DNA of 37,642 nucleotides from a virus: UHGV virus genome UHGV-0029174; one strand, 5' to 3'. Shown piece by piece: positions 17,086 to 25,648 of this stretch (position 1 is its first letter; each line of letters starts with the position of its first letter). The notes under the pieces were generated by a model. It saw only the letters and a program-made list of their open reading frames with translations, ran no database searches and was not told where the DNA came from. The position numbers and the translations under genes were made by a program.

Positions 17086-18030
17086 TTACTCCCAATCTTC
17101 GCCATATTTAGCGTGCGCAACCTTATAGTTTTCTTGCGCCCGATCTAATATTCGTTTGTTTAATATATTACCCTCATCATCCACTAATACGGTAATACAT
17201 ACACATTTGCAATTTATCGAGTTTGGTGATCTGCTCCACCATTCGCGCTGCTCTTCTATGGTGTATGTTTTCCCGTGTCGCTGTGCGTGTGATAGCCTGG
17301 TAGTCGGTGACAATGCCGAAATGTGCATTTGCATAGTGCGCAAGTTAAGCTCTTCTGAAGCTGCTTCTGCCTCATCCATACGCGCTGTGCGCAACGCTGT
17401 ACATATTTCAGTACGGGCAATACGTTTGCACCTGTATAGCGGCAATTGCGTTTCCTGCTGCAATGTACGCGCTATTTCAAGTGGGTTTAAGCCACGGGCC
17501 ATGCCTTCGGTTAATCGGCGGGCCATATCCTTCTTGATCTGTGCGGTAAGCCCGCGCATCTCTTCAAATACACGGGTACGGACCAGGGCAAGGCGTGTGC
17601 GATATGTCTGACTGGTTAATACCGCCGACACTTCGGGGTAAGCCCTGGAATATGTAACTGACTGATTGGCGAGGTTAGCGTACTCTTGGGAAGTGCCACG
17701 CTGATACGCCACCTTCACGTATTCCTGCCAGAACCAGAAGTCTTCCGGGTCGGTTAACTCGAATATTTCATCAATCATGTCGCTGGCGTCTTCCAGCAAA
17801 TCATGTAATTCGTCGATGTAGATCTGGAAGGTGTATTTTTTATTAACAGCCAGGGTATATTGTATTCTGTCCAGTATGGCGATATATGGATCGGCTACTT
17901 TCTTCAGGCAGGCTTTAAAACGCTTGATAGCCCCCGACCTTAACTTACCTGTCATTGTCGGGTCTTCGGTGTTAGATGGCATTATCGCGGCTGGAGGTAT
18001 TCGCCTGATTATCTTTTTCACCTTCATCAT
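17086..18030 (-). CDS. head morphogenesis protein (SPP1 gp7 / Mu F-like minor capsid protein)
   Basis: Strong SD GGAGGA before ATG 18030; directly follows portal; overlaps portal 3' end. Confidence 0.7.
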   Translation of the reverse strand: MMKVKKIIRRIPPAAIMPSNTEDPTMTGKLRSGAIKRFKACLKKVADPYIAILDRIQYTLAVNKKYTFQIYIDELHDLLEDASDMIDEIFELTDPEDFWFWQEYVKVAYQRGTSQEYANLANQSVTYSRAYPEVSAVLTSQTYRTRLALVRTRVFEEMRGLTAQIKKDMARRLTEGMARGLNPLEIARTLQQETQLPLYRCKRIARTEICTALRTARMDEAEAASEELNLRTMQMHISALSPTTRLSHAQRHGKTYTIEEQREWWSRSPNSINCKCVCITVLVDDEGNILNKRILDRAQENYKVAHAKYGEDWE

Positions 18031-19342
18031 CGTCCTCCTCTTCCGTTTCTACCTCACTGGCTGGGCCTTCGTATCCGGCAGCCTCGCGGATCTCATCACC
18101 GCTAAATATTTCTTCACCAGTAGCCAAACAAGCCTGATTGATTTGTGCCATTTTGTATGCCGCTTCCAGTAGTTCGGCTTTGGTCATGGCGTTTAGGTCG
18201 TCCCATAAGACTGATACATCGACTGGCATACTGATAAGGCGGAGATCTGCCATCTTGCGAAACAGATCTTCAAGCTCACCCCCGATTTCCTCCCTGCGTG
18301 TCATGCAGCGACTGTTGAAATAGCGGAGGTCTTCAGTTGATGCGCGTTCCCCCTGCTGGTTCCCAATCAGGATGCGGGTTGGAATATCAATACCAGCGGC
18401 GGCGGTTTGCAGGTTGACGTCATAGGTTGCTGACGGGTCAGATACGGCAGTCACCAGCGGGCTTACTGTTGCCCCCTGTAATGCCATCATCACGTCATTA
18501 CCCTTATTCATTTCAGCCGCAGCCTCATTGAATCTTTCGCGTAGCTCTGTGACGTCGCATCCGTATGTAGCTGCCAGTGACCGGAAGTCAATTTCTTTAT
18601 CGAACGATATAGCAAGCTGTCTGGCGGCGTTTTTCAGGAATGATTCACCACTACCGCCTTCCACTTTTTCAAGTGACACAAAGGCGTTATATGACGGTTC
18701 AAGGAAGGCGATAGCATCATCAGAATAGTCACCAAAGATAAATATGCGGTCAGGGTGGATCTTTCTTGCAATGGTCTTATTGTTAATGCGTTCCTTGTAT
18801 TCCCACCATGTAGGCAGGCCATAGTTTTCATTATCAGGGTTTTCTTCGAAGTCCTTCGGTGTAAGAGCGCCAGCCCATACCGGGGTAAATTTGGCAATGC
18901 CTACGCCTTTTGTCACTGGCTGATCCCACGGCTGGTTATCTCTGACATGAATCAACAGGCCAGCATAACGACCAATGAGGCGGCGGCGGTCACATTCGGC
19001 AATGATGCGCCAGAACCTGTTATCAAACCGTTTCTTGATTTCTCTTTCCCAGGGTGTTTCCGTTTCCGCTTTCTCGTCTTCTGTTCCCTCGATCATCATT
19101 GGCATTGTGCGCCAGCAAGTTGTAATAATCTTTTCTACAGCACCATGAGCGATACCGCCACGTCGATACAATTTGTATAGGTCGCTATACGTGATCTCTT
19201 CTTTGAATCCGTATTCACTCCATGCAGAATCACGTTTTGCATCTATCCCCATAGTGAATGGGTTGGCGGCTGCATAGCGGGCATAGGCCGCCTGACGTTG
19301 TGACAAGGCAGCATTAACCGCCAAATCTAAATTGGATGGCAT
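17972..19342 (-). CDS. portal protein (~456 aa)
   Basis: Follows terminase large subunit; acidic C-terminus; ATG 19342 with SD AGGAG preferred over 19363. Confidence 0.8.
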   Translation of the reverse strand: MPSNLDLAVNAALSQRQAAYARYAAANPFTMGIDAKRDSAWSEYGFKEEITYSDLYKLYRRGGIAHGAVEKIITTCWRTMPMMIEGTEDEKAETETPWEREIKKRFDNRFWRIIAECDRRRLIGRYAGLLIHVRDNQPWDQPVTKGVGIAKFTPVWAGALTPKDFEENPDNENYGLPTWWEYKERINNKTIARKIHPDRIFIFGDYSDDAIAFLEPSYNAFVSLEKVEGGSGESFLKNAARQLAISFDKEIDFRSLAATYGCDVTELRERFNEAAAEMNKGNDVMMALQGATVSPLVTAVSDPSATYDVNLQTAAAGIDIPTRILIGNQQGERASTEDLRYFNSRCMTRREEIGGELEDLFRKMADLRLISMPVDVSVLWDDLNAMTKAELLEAAYKMAQINQACLATGEEIFSGDEIREAAGYEGPASEVETEEEDDDEGEKDNQANTSSRDNAI

Positions 19343-19363
19343 AATGTTTACTCCTGAATACAT

Positions 19364-19400
19364 GTTTACGCGTTGCTACGCGAAAAATAGAAAAATTCGT
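19364..19400 (-). promoter_or_regulatory. conserved element upstream of portal (copy 2 of 7141..7178)
   Basis: About 33 of 35 bp identical to the element upstream of M. Confidence 0.4.
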
Positions 19401-19420
19401 GAGGGATTGTGAGGCAGATT

Positions 19421-20908
19421 TTAAAATCCGCGTAGGCGCTTGGGTAACATGAGGCCCATTGCCTGTGGTTGGCTTAATTCAGTGATGCCCCACACCATCG
19501 CATCCATACGGTCAGGGGATTTTTTGGCGGTAGCTGGCACGTATTCCATCATTTGATTTTCCAGCGTGTACAGGCTGCCAGTGTGGGCTACTCTGCCCTG
19601 GGCATATAGTGCTGATATTGGTTCGGCGCGGGCGAATTTACCTTTACTTGCGTGCACCTTAACAATGCGGCCCTTAAATCCTGCATTGCGTAGTGTGGCC
19701 TCTGCCATTTCCCCACCCTGGTTGGTTTCGATAACCATCGCGTCAGCTTCATGGATGTTGTAGGCGTTCATTGATGCTTGCGCCCAGTCGTTAGGCGACA
19801 TGCGGCCTGAATAGTCACCATCAACAGAATACTGAGCATTCTTGCCGCCACCATATGCGGAACACGCCACGATCCCCGTTTCGTCAGACTCATCAGATGA
19901 CGTTGTCGCTGGGTCAATGGCTATCACCGTGCGGATCTTGTCCTGCGTTATCTGCATCCGGTGCGCTGCGGTTATCATCGCTTCAGTCCACAATGCACCC
20001 TCTTCGTCGAATTTACGCGGGCGCTGCATGTACTGGGCCTCAAATGACCGTCTGTGTGCCTTCAATCCAGCTTCATGGGCGTCATTGTGCTTTTTAGGCC
20101 ACAGCCAGCCGTCCGGCAGGTTGTGAGCGATAGGAATAGCGAATTCGTTTTCCGGGTACAGATCCCAATAGTCGATTCTGTTGTCAATCTTCACTGGCAG
20201 GTTAAGGTGATGCCATTTCTCACCACTTCCACCGCGTAGCAGGTAGCCGGACAAATCATCGTAGTGGATGCGCTGCATGATGACGATAACAGGCGTCGTT
20301 TGCACTGCCAGACGTGAAGCAAGCGTGTCGTTATAGTTAGTGTTAACCTGCTTTCTCACCACGTCAGAATAAGCGTCAGCGGGTTTTAATGGGTCGTCGA
20401 TGATTAACGCGCCGTTAAATCCGTCTTCCATATGGCCCGCACGGAACCCCGTTACCTGTGCAAGCGTTGACGTTGCATACACGCCGCCGCCGTACTGATT
20501 CCACCACATAGATTTACTGTCAGCATCGGCCTTTATATCCATCTTCCACATTTCTTGAAATTGTCTTGATTTGATAGTGGATCTTGCTGTTGATGAATTG
20601 AGTAACGCGAGGTTGTTGGAGTAGGACAAGTGTAGGAATCGTGAACGGTTGTTGATGGCGAGGCCGCGACACATGAAATTGATTGTTGCGATCTCTGTTT
20701 TGGAATACCCTGGAGGGATGTTAATGACCAAACGGGTTATTTCGCCATTAATGACTTTTTGTAGTGTTTCAAGGATGACTCTGTGATGTGCGCTAATTAT
20801 CATTTTTGCGCCAGTGCGCTGCTTATAGAAATAGCGGCAAAAATACTCACCGCTTTCTATACATTCTATTCGCCTGGCCTCTGTTCTTTGCTTACTGGTT
20901 GACTTCAT
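19421..20908 (-). CDS. terminase large subunit (495 aa)
   Basis: Walker A-like PPGYSKT, C-terminal nuclease-like region; SD GGGGTGAG. Confidence 0.9.
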   Translation of the reverse strand: MKSTSKQRTEARRIECIESGEYFCRYFYKQRTGAKMIISAHHRVILETLQKVINGEITRLVINIPPGYSKTEIATINFMCRGLAINNRSRFLHLSYSNNLALLNSSTARSTIKSRQFQEMWKMDIKADADSKSMWWNQYGGGVYATSTLAQVTGFRAGHMEDGFNGALIIDDPLKPADAYSDVVRKQVNTNYNDTLASRLAVQTTPVIVIMQRIHYDDLSGYLLRGGSGEKWHHLNLPVKIDNRIDYWDLYPENEFAIPIAHNLPDGWLWPKKHNDAHEAGLKAHRRSFEAQYMQRPRKFDEEGALWTEAMITAAHRMQITQDKIRTVIAIDPATTSSDESDETGIVACSAYGGGKNAQYSVDGDYSGRMSPNDWAQASMNAYNIHEADAMVIETNQGGEMAEATLRNAGFKGRIVKVHASKGKFARAEPISALYAQGRVAHTGSLYTLENQMMEYVPATAKKSPDRMDAMVWGITELSQPQAMGLMLPKRLRGF

Positions 20909-21395
20909 GACTCACCCCATGATTTTCACAATACCCCAAATCAGCGTAAGCCTTATTCCTTGCCACCACAGCATCATCCTTGTTTTCAAAATAACCAATG
21001 GTCAAACGTTTACCGTTATTACCCATGATACGAACGCGCCATTTATTCATTGCTTTTTCCCAATAAATTCCAGAAAACCCGCTTGTATTTCTTTTATGTA
21101 GTTTTTGGTTTCTTTGGTTTTCCTTGTGTGTAACAAGGCGCAAATTATTAAGCCTGTTATTACTTCGCACGTGGTCAATATGGTCTATTTGATAACCATT
21201 CGGGATCGGGCCGTTGTGCATTTCCCATATGATGCAATGCGCCGGATAACCGCGCTTGTGAAGTCTTACCCTAATATAGCCGTCGCGTTCCATATACCCT
21301 GCGACATCACCGATCATAACGTTGTCGCACGGTTTTACCTTCCAGATTAAATTGCCGCTGTTTTCGTCATAAACGAAATAATGTGACCAATCCAT
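20892..21395 (-). CDS. HNH homing endonuclease (HNH_3-like with AP2-like C-terminal domain) between terS and terL
   Basis: IWEMHNGPIPNGYQIDHIDH...NNRLNNLRLVTHKEN; paralogous to 29324..29851 and 30900..31427. Confidence 0.8.
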   Translation of the reverse strand: MDWSHYFVYDENSGNLIWKVKPCDNVMIGDVAGYMERDGYIRVRLHKRGYPAHCIIWEMHNGPIPNGYQIDHIDHVRSNNRLNNLRLVTHKENQRNQKLHKRNTSGFSGIYWEKAMNKWRVRIMGNNGKRLTIGYFENKDDAVVARNKAYADLGYCENHGVSHEVNQ

Positions 21396-21407
21396 AACAT
21401 CACCTCA

Positions 21408-21908
21408 CTAGCAATCATCTTCTTCAAGCATTTCACGGCGGGCTTTTTTGTAGTCTTCAATCGACATGCGAGTATGTTGTTCAACCTGTACCGGATTATT
21501 TGCATCACCTACGATCTCCTGCGTGACGCGCTCACCATATTTACGCGGTTGCAGTTTTGCCAATAGCCATTTACGGGTTTCAATCATCAATTGATGGCGG
21601 CGGCATTGGTCTTTATCGGTGTTCTCCGCTGCATCGGCTATGTCGATGATCTCATCAGCCAATACCTCAAATCCGATCTCCTTCGCGCGCGCGTACATGG
21701 TGGAAAACTCGGGCACATCACGGAACCATTTGAGGATTGTTGAACGGTTCGGCATGTCAGGCATCTTCGAGATTTTGTTAATACTCTGACCGTCCGCAAC
21801 CAGCTCACAGATCTCTAATGCCTTTTCCTCTGAATAGCTATGTGGACGGCCCGTCTTTTTGGCTGCTGGCTTTTTGTCTTCAGCCTTTGCCTTTTTCGTG
21901 CGGGCCAT
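21408..21908 (-). CDS. terminase small subunit (166 aa, HTH-containing)
   Basis: Immediately upstream of HNH and terL; basic N-terminus and HTH-like SINKISKM; SD AAGAGGTGA. Confidence 0.7.
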   Translation of the reverse strand: MARTKKAKAEDKKPAAKKTGRPHSYSEEKALEICELVADGQSINKISKMPDMPNRSTILKWFRDVPEFSTMYARAKEIGFEVLADEIIDIADAAENTDKDQCRRHQLMIETRKWLLAKLQPRKYGERVTQEIVGDANNPVQVEQHTRMSIEDYKKARREMLEEDDC

Positions 21909-21918
21909 AATTCACCTC

Positions 21919-22002
21919 TTAATATTTGTTGATGATATATACGCAAGCCACAAAACTTGCGCAGTATGTTAATACTTCCAACCAGTCGAATAGCTCTTTC
22001 AT
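21919..22002 (-). CDS. mini-ORF F (27 aa, MKELFDWLEVLTYCASFVACVYIINKY)
   Basis: ATG with SD GGATGG; member of tandem array; below track size cut-off. Confidence 0.3.
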   Translation of the reverse strand: MKELFDWLEVLTYCASFVACVYIINKY

Positions 22003-22071
22003 TGTTACCATCCACTTTATTTGACTTGCTGAATTTAGGAAGCGCATAAAATGCGCGTCCAAGCTAATAAC

Positions 22072-22140
22072 CTATAAAGTCAGCGCGGTCATGGTAAGAA
22101 CAACCGCAACGATCAGGAAAAAGAAATCAAGCCATTTCAT
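22072..22140 (-). CDS. mini-ORF E (22 aa, MKWLDFFFLIVAVVLTMTALTL), predicted single TM helix
   Basis: ATG with SD GGGGG 6 nt upstream; hydrophobic core. Confidence 0.35.
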   Translation of the reverse strand: MKWLDFFFLIVAVVLTMTALTL

Positions 22141-22142
22141 TT

Positions 22143-22229
22143 TCAACCCCCTGCGATTCCGTTAACGCTTAAAAGCACCGCAACGATGACGATCACTATA
22201 ATTATGCAAAAGAAGTCTGCTTCTCTCAT
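22143..22229 (-). CDS. mini-ORF D (28 aa, MREADFFCIIIVIVIVAVLLSVNGIAGG), predicted single TM helix
   Basis: ATG overlaps stop of mini-ORF C (ATGA); SD AGAGGG. Confidence 0.35.
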   Translation of the reverse strand: MREADFFCIIIVIVIVAVLLSVNGIAGG

Positions 22230-22306
22230 CTTTTTAACCCTCTATAGAAATCAACGGCAATAACTGTAATAACAGCCACCAGCAATAGCATTTCGTATGC
22301 GTTCAT
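22226..22306 (-). CDS. mini-ORF C (26 aa, MNAYEMLLLVAVITVIAVDFYRGLKR), predicted single TM helix
   Basis: ATG with SD AGGTGA; inside track ORF 22226..22411, whose TTG-start N-terminal part is probably not real. Confidence 0.35.
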   Translation of the reverse strand: MNAYEMLLLVAVITVIAVDFYRGLKR

Positions 22307-22314
22307 GCTTTCAC

Positions 22315-22389
22315 CTATACAACATTCTTCCACCAGAAATAGACAATGACGGCGACCAACGACCACCAGATTAGATCGTAAATATTCAT
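22315..22389 (-). CDS. mini-ORF B (24 aa, MNIYDLIWWSLVAVIVYFWWKNVV), predicted single TM helix
   Basis: ATG with upstream AAAGG; hydrophobic core. Confidence 0.35.
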   Translation of the reverse strand: MNIYDLIWWSLVAVIVYFWWKNVV

Positions 22390-22400
22390 GATGAGAACCT

Positions 22401-22475
22401 TTAGCTTTCAATGAATATCATGATCGCCAGCCATACAGCGACGCAGGCGGAAAGGATAATTAGCGGGTCAATCAT
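22401..22475 (-). CDS. mini-ORF A (24 aa, MIDPLIILSACVAVWLAIMIFIES), predicted single TM helix
   Basis: ATG with SD GGGGGTGA, 2 nt after the stop of the 180-aa gene. Confidence 0.35.
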   Translation of the reverse strand: MIDPLIILSACVAVWLAIMIFIES

Positions 22476-22477
22476 AA

Positions 22478-23020
22478 TCACCCCCGTTTAAAGCTCATCA
22501 CACGCGGCACATACGCATCTTTTGCTTTCGGCTTACGTTTACCTTTCTTCGCTGGCTTTTCTTCTTCCTTCGGCTGTTCTGCCTGATCTAATGCCTTCTC
22601 TACGACTTCAGCCGCCTGCATTGCTGCAACCTCAGCTTCGTTTGATTCAGCCAGGATCGGGAAAAATGCATCAAACATGCGCCCAATCAGGTAGGCATAA
22701 GTCTCGTTTGCCGGGTGGCTGTCATCAGTGGTAGCCAGCACACCGACATCACTTAAGCAGTGAAAGGTGGCGTGGGCCACTTCATGGACCAGCGTACCTA
22801 ACTCATGGTCAAATACAGCAACAACATAGAAGTTACCGCCGCCTTCACCAGTACAGGTTAACGTTAATCCACCAGCAAGCTCGAAGCCGGGATCGATTGG
22901 AATTCCTGCCTTTTCGCAAAATTCATAAAACATCTCGCGGGTCGGGCAAAAGAAAACGGTCGTATGCTCAAAGAGTGGGATCTTGAATTGAGGCAACTTA
23001 ATGCCTTTAGCCTTAGCCAT
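22478..23020 (-). CDS. hypothetical protein with HExxH motif (LVHEVAHATFH) and Lys-rich C-terminal tail; possible zincin-like metallopeptidase
   Basis: SD AGAGGA; HExxH with downstream Glu (NETYAY); K/E/P-rich tail. Confidence 0.5.
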   Translation of the reverse strand: MAKAKGIKLPQFKIPLFEHTTVFFCPTREMFYEFCEKAGIPIDPGFELAGGLTLTCTGEGGGNFYVVAVFDHELGTLVHEVAHATFHCLSDVGVLATTDDSHPANETYAYLIGRMFDAFFPILAESNEAEVAAMQAAEVVEKALDQAEQPKEEEKPAKKGKRKPKAKDAYVPRVMSFKRG

Positions 23021-23298
23021 CAGAATAATCCTCTATCCTGAAAAATATAACCCCCGCAAAACTGGACACCGCAGGGAGTGAAAACAGCTATAAAACACTA
23101 AAAACGGCGCTGCATGAGTACCGTTTTCAGAATTTTATAAAACTGAAGAATGGCGCTTTCTTCTACCCAGGTAGCGCCTGACCTGTTAATGGGACTGTTG
23201 ATCCGGTATTACGTGTTTTTGAATTTACGCCGTCGCTCGCGGGAAGGATTGGCCCGGTTATGGCTGGCTGGCGGAAACGGCGACACGTCCACGCGCTG

Positions 23299-23769
23299 TT
23301 ATTCTTTGCGTAAGCACTGCGTTTTGATGTAGTCCTGCAATCCAGTGATCTGAGCGTCTTTCGTTTTTAGTTGTTCTCTGAGGGATAGATAAGCTGATTC
23401 AGCTGATCTAGAGAGTTGGCAGGTGGCTCCATCAATGCGGCTGGCGGCTCCGGTATTACTGTCCGTTCGCATTGGCACGGCGTTGACGCGCAGCTTGATA
23501 GTGCCATTGTCAATACCAGTGCGCAGATCGGCAATGTCAGATCTGATAGCTTTAATCTCATCGTGATACCTCTTATCAAGTTTTGACAGTTCGGCGTTTC
23601 GCTCCTTCATCTGCTGAATAGTGTTACTTGCCGTTTTCAGTGCGCCTTTCGTCACCGTGACTTCTTCCTGTAACCTTGCCGCCTCACCCTGGTAATAACA
23701 TGTTACGGCGGTCAGTCCGGCAATAATGCAAACAACAACGGCGATGATTAACGTCTTCACCTTGTCCAT
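23299..23769 (-). CDS. i-spanin (Rz-like): N-terminal TM helix plus periplasmic coiled coil
   Basis: [24 protein letters not shown] segment; downstream of endolysin; contains embedded Rz1 ORF. Confidence 0.7.
   Translation of the reverse strand: MDKVKTLIIAVVVCIIAGLTAVTCYYQGEAARLQEEVTVTKGALKTASNTIQQMKERNAELSKLDKRYHDEIKAIRSDIADLRTGIDNGTIKLRVNAVPMRTDSNTGAASRIDGATCQLSRSAESAYLSLREQLKTKDAQITGLQDYIKTQCLRKE
23367..23561 (-). CDS. o-spanin (Rz1-like lipoprotein) embedded in +1 frame within Rz
   Basis: [24 protein letters not shown] has signal peptide and lipobox LSSC; Pro-rich mature part; fully inside Rz. Confidence 0.65.
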   Translation of the reverse strand: MRLKLSDLTLPICALVLTMALSSCASTPCQCERTVIPEPPAALMEPPANSLDQLNQLIYPSENN

Positions 23770-24248
23770 GTTTCACCCCATTCGCAAACGGCATATTCAA
23801 CATCACGGCGGTTTACCAGGCCTTGCCACTTCTTACCGCCAGCGTATACCCAGCGCTTAAGCTGTGCGCACGCCTCTGATTTCCTGCCGTCATTGAGTAG
23901 TTTTAATAAGGTTGATGTTTTGAAGTTGGTAGCGCCTACGTTATAGGCGAATGAATAAAGTGCTGCGCGGGTAAAATCTGATATTTCGACTTTGATATAT
24001 GGGTCAATCGCTTTTGCGGTCTTGTGTAGATCTTTATTTAACAAAGCATCGCATTCTGATTGCGTGTAAGTCTTGCCAAGCATGATGTCTTTTCCGACGT
24101 GTCCATAACATATCGTGTAAACACCGATGACATCTCTGTATGGCTTATACTCAACGCCTTCAAGATCTTTTATCATCACCCCCGCAATAGCGATCGCCCC
24201 ACCAGCCGCCGCCGCAACAATCTTGTTTTTCAGCGATTGGCTAATCAT
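23757..24248 (-). CDS. SAR endolysin (T4-type lysozyme fold with N-terminal signal-anchor-release segment)
   Basis: N-terminal [21 protein letters not shown]-like segment; EG...YRD...GVYTICYGH catalytic pattern; ATG 24248 one nt after holin stop. Confidence 0.85.
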   Translation of the reverse strand: MISQSLKNKIVAAAAGGAIAIAGVMIKDLEGVEYKPYRDVIGVYTICYGHVGKDIMLGKTYTQSECDALLNKDLHKTAKAIDPYIKVEISDFTRAALYSFAYNVGATNFKTSTLLKLLNDGRKSEACAQLKRWVYAGGKKWQGLVNRRDVEYAVCEWGETWTR

Positions 24249-24249
24249 G

Positions 24250-24450
24250 TTACTTATTCCCCATTCGCGCGTCGTGTTCCTCTTGCGCTCGCTTGTTCTC
24301 CTGTGATTTGAAGTAATAATTAACGGCAAATGTGCCTACGGTTGATAAGATACCCACAAAGACGGCAATGTCATTGATGGTTATCGCGCCGAAAAAAGCA
24401 GTTACGGCCCCAGTCACATACGCACACGCCTCCCGTATTCTGTCGAACAT
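24250..24450 (-). CDS. holin, class II / pinholin-like (66 aa, two TM segments)
   Basis: SD GGAGGA; two hydrophobic segments and charged C-terminus; directly upstream of SAR endolysin. Confidence 0.7.
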   Translation of the reverse strand: MFDRIREACAYVTGAVTAFFGAITINDIAVFVGILSTVGTFAVNYYFKSQENKRAQEEHDARMGNK

Positions 24451-24461
24451 AGATTTTCCTC

Positions 24462-24493
24462 CAACAAAGCAAAAACCCGGCGCGGGGCCGGGT
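24462..24493 (-). terminator. rho-independent terminator immediately upstream of holin RBS
   Basis: Minus strand ACCCGGC-cccgc-GCCGGGT then TTTTTGCTTTGTT. Confidence 0.6.
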
Positions 24494-24532
24494 AGTTACA
24501 GTTTCGCATTGTTGTAAATATGCTAATCTTTT

Positions 24533-25231
24533 TTATTTTTCATTGCAATATTGCGCAGTTTCCGTGTCAAATATGCGACACCGAAAAAATGAACACCCCA
24601 ACTCCTCTTCAATACGGCGCTGACGTATAGCGTCAGATGCCTCCTGGCTTTTATGATGCCCTTCGTCAATTTCTACGGCGATATTATTTACCGGATCATA
24701 ACCATCTATCCGGTATTCCAATACCTTATATTGTCTAATTAGCTTAACACCAACCAATTGTTCATACATGCATAAAGCGCCGTGCTCAATTCTGGCAAAC
24801 GCCTCATTGCCGTAAGGTCTATTATTCTCAATACCACACAACCACGCATCATAAGCAGCAGCCACATCTTTTGTTGCGTAAGTCTTACTGCCTATAACTT
24901 TTGTGCTGTCTTTGTATATCCACCCACGACGTTGCAACCAAAGATAAGGACGACGCGACTCGGGCGCATCGTGATTCCTCCATATATCTGTAAGGCAGAC
25001 AAGTGACGATACTTTAGTCAATGACCTGGCCAACCAGCCGCCATACTCATTTGCCACATATTGCGGAGCAAAATACCCGCGAGCAGCGCTCCCCTTTTTC
25101 CCTATCCGTCGCAACTCACACTTATCTTGATATTCCTCACCGCTTTTGCTATTCAACCAGCAAGCTGGGGAATAACCTTTCTCGCTTCCGAATTTATGCC
25201 ATATTGATGACAATAAAACCATTTCTTCCAT
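24533..25231 (-). CDS. hypothetical protein (232 aa) with C-terminal endonuclease-like motif (AVEIDEGHH...D..R), bracketed by terminators
   Basis: SD GGGGG; C-terminal motif resembles DUF559/Vsr-type PD-(D/E)xK-like domains (by eye). Confidence 0.5.
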   Translation of the reverse strand: MEEMVLLSSIWHKFGSEKGYSPACWLNSKSGEEYQDKCELRRIGKKGSAARGYFAPQYVANEYGGWLARSLTKVSSLVCLTDIWRNHDAPESRRPYLWLQRRGWIYKDSTKVIGSKTYATKDVAAAYDAWLCGIENNRPYGNEAFARIEHGALCMYEQLVGVKLIRQYKVLEYRIDGYDPVNNIAVEIDEGHHKSQEASDAIRQRRIEEELGCSFFRCRIFDTETAQYCNEK

Positions 25232-25240
25232 ATTGCCCCC

Positions 25241-25266
25241 AATAAATAAAACCCGCCGAAGCGGGT
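25241..25266 (-). terminator. rho-independent terminator (ACCCGC-ttcg-GCGGGT then TTTTATTTATT)
   Basis: Minus strand hairpin and T-rich tail between 25293 stop and 25231 start. Confidence 0.6.
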
Positions 25267-25292
25267 CCTGTTTACGCTCTACAAATACGGCT

Positions 25293-25469
25293 TTACGCAG
25301 TTCTGTATATCAGTCCGTTATCAAGCAGTGTTTGCATGTGTTCGCGATCCATGTCGCTTAATTCCCAATAAGGAACATCTTCATTCCTTATCATCACCTC
25401 TTCGCCTCTTACCAAATAGGCGATGTCAAATACCTTATGAAAATACATACCGTCTTCGATCTCGTTCAT
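25293..25469 (-). CDS. hypothetical protein (58 aa)
   Basis: ATG overlaps stop of upstream gene (ATGA); ends before terminator; below track size cut-off. Confidence 0.35.
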   Translation of the reverse strand: MNEIEDGMYFHKVFDIAYLVRGEEVMIRNEDVPYWELSDMDREHMQTLLDNGLIYRTA

Positions 25470-25648
25470 AGGTCGCTAACCTTCACCAGTTCACCAGCAT
25501 TAAGAAATATTTTAATTGTTTCTCGCGTCGTCTTAATGATTGGCTCAACCCACTCGCCACCGCCAACACGGATACGAATATCATCACCTTCTACGCGGTA
25601 AAACAGCCCGTCTACTATTGTTGCTGCGTACACCCCATCTTTAATCAT
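25466..25648 (-). CDS. hypothetical protein (60 aa)
   Basis: Track ORF; start overlaps upstream stop. Confidence 0.45.
   Translation of the reverse strand: MIKDGVYAATIVDGLFYRVEGDDIRIRVGGGEWVEPIIKTTRETIKIFLNAGELVKVSDL

Noticed and set aside
21815-22015. Minus-strand 66-aa ORF overlapping the terS start
   Set aside because: Arg/Lys-rich translation overlapping the terS 5' end and a mini-ORF; no SD; likely spurious
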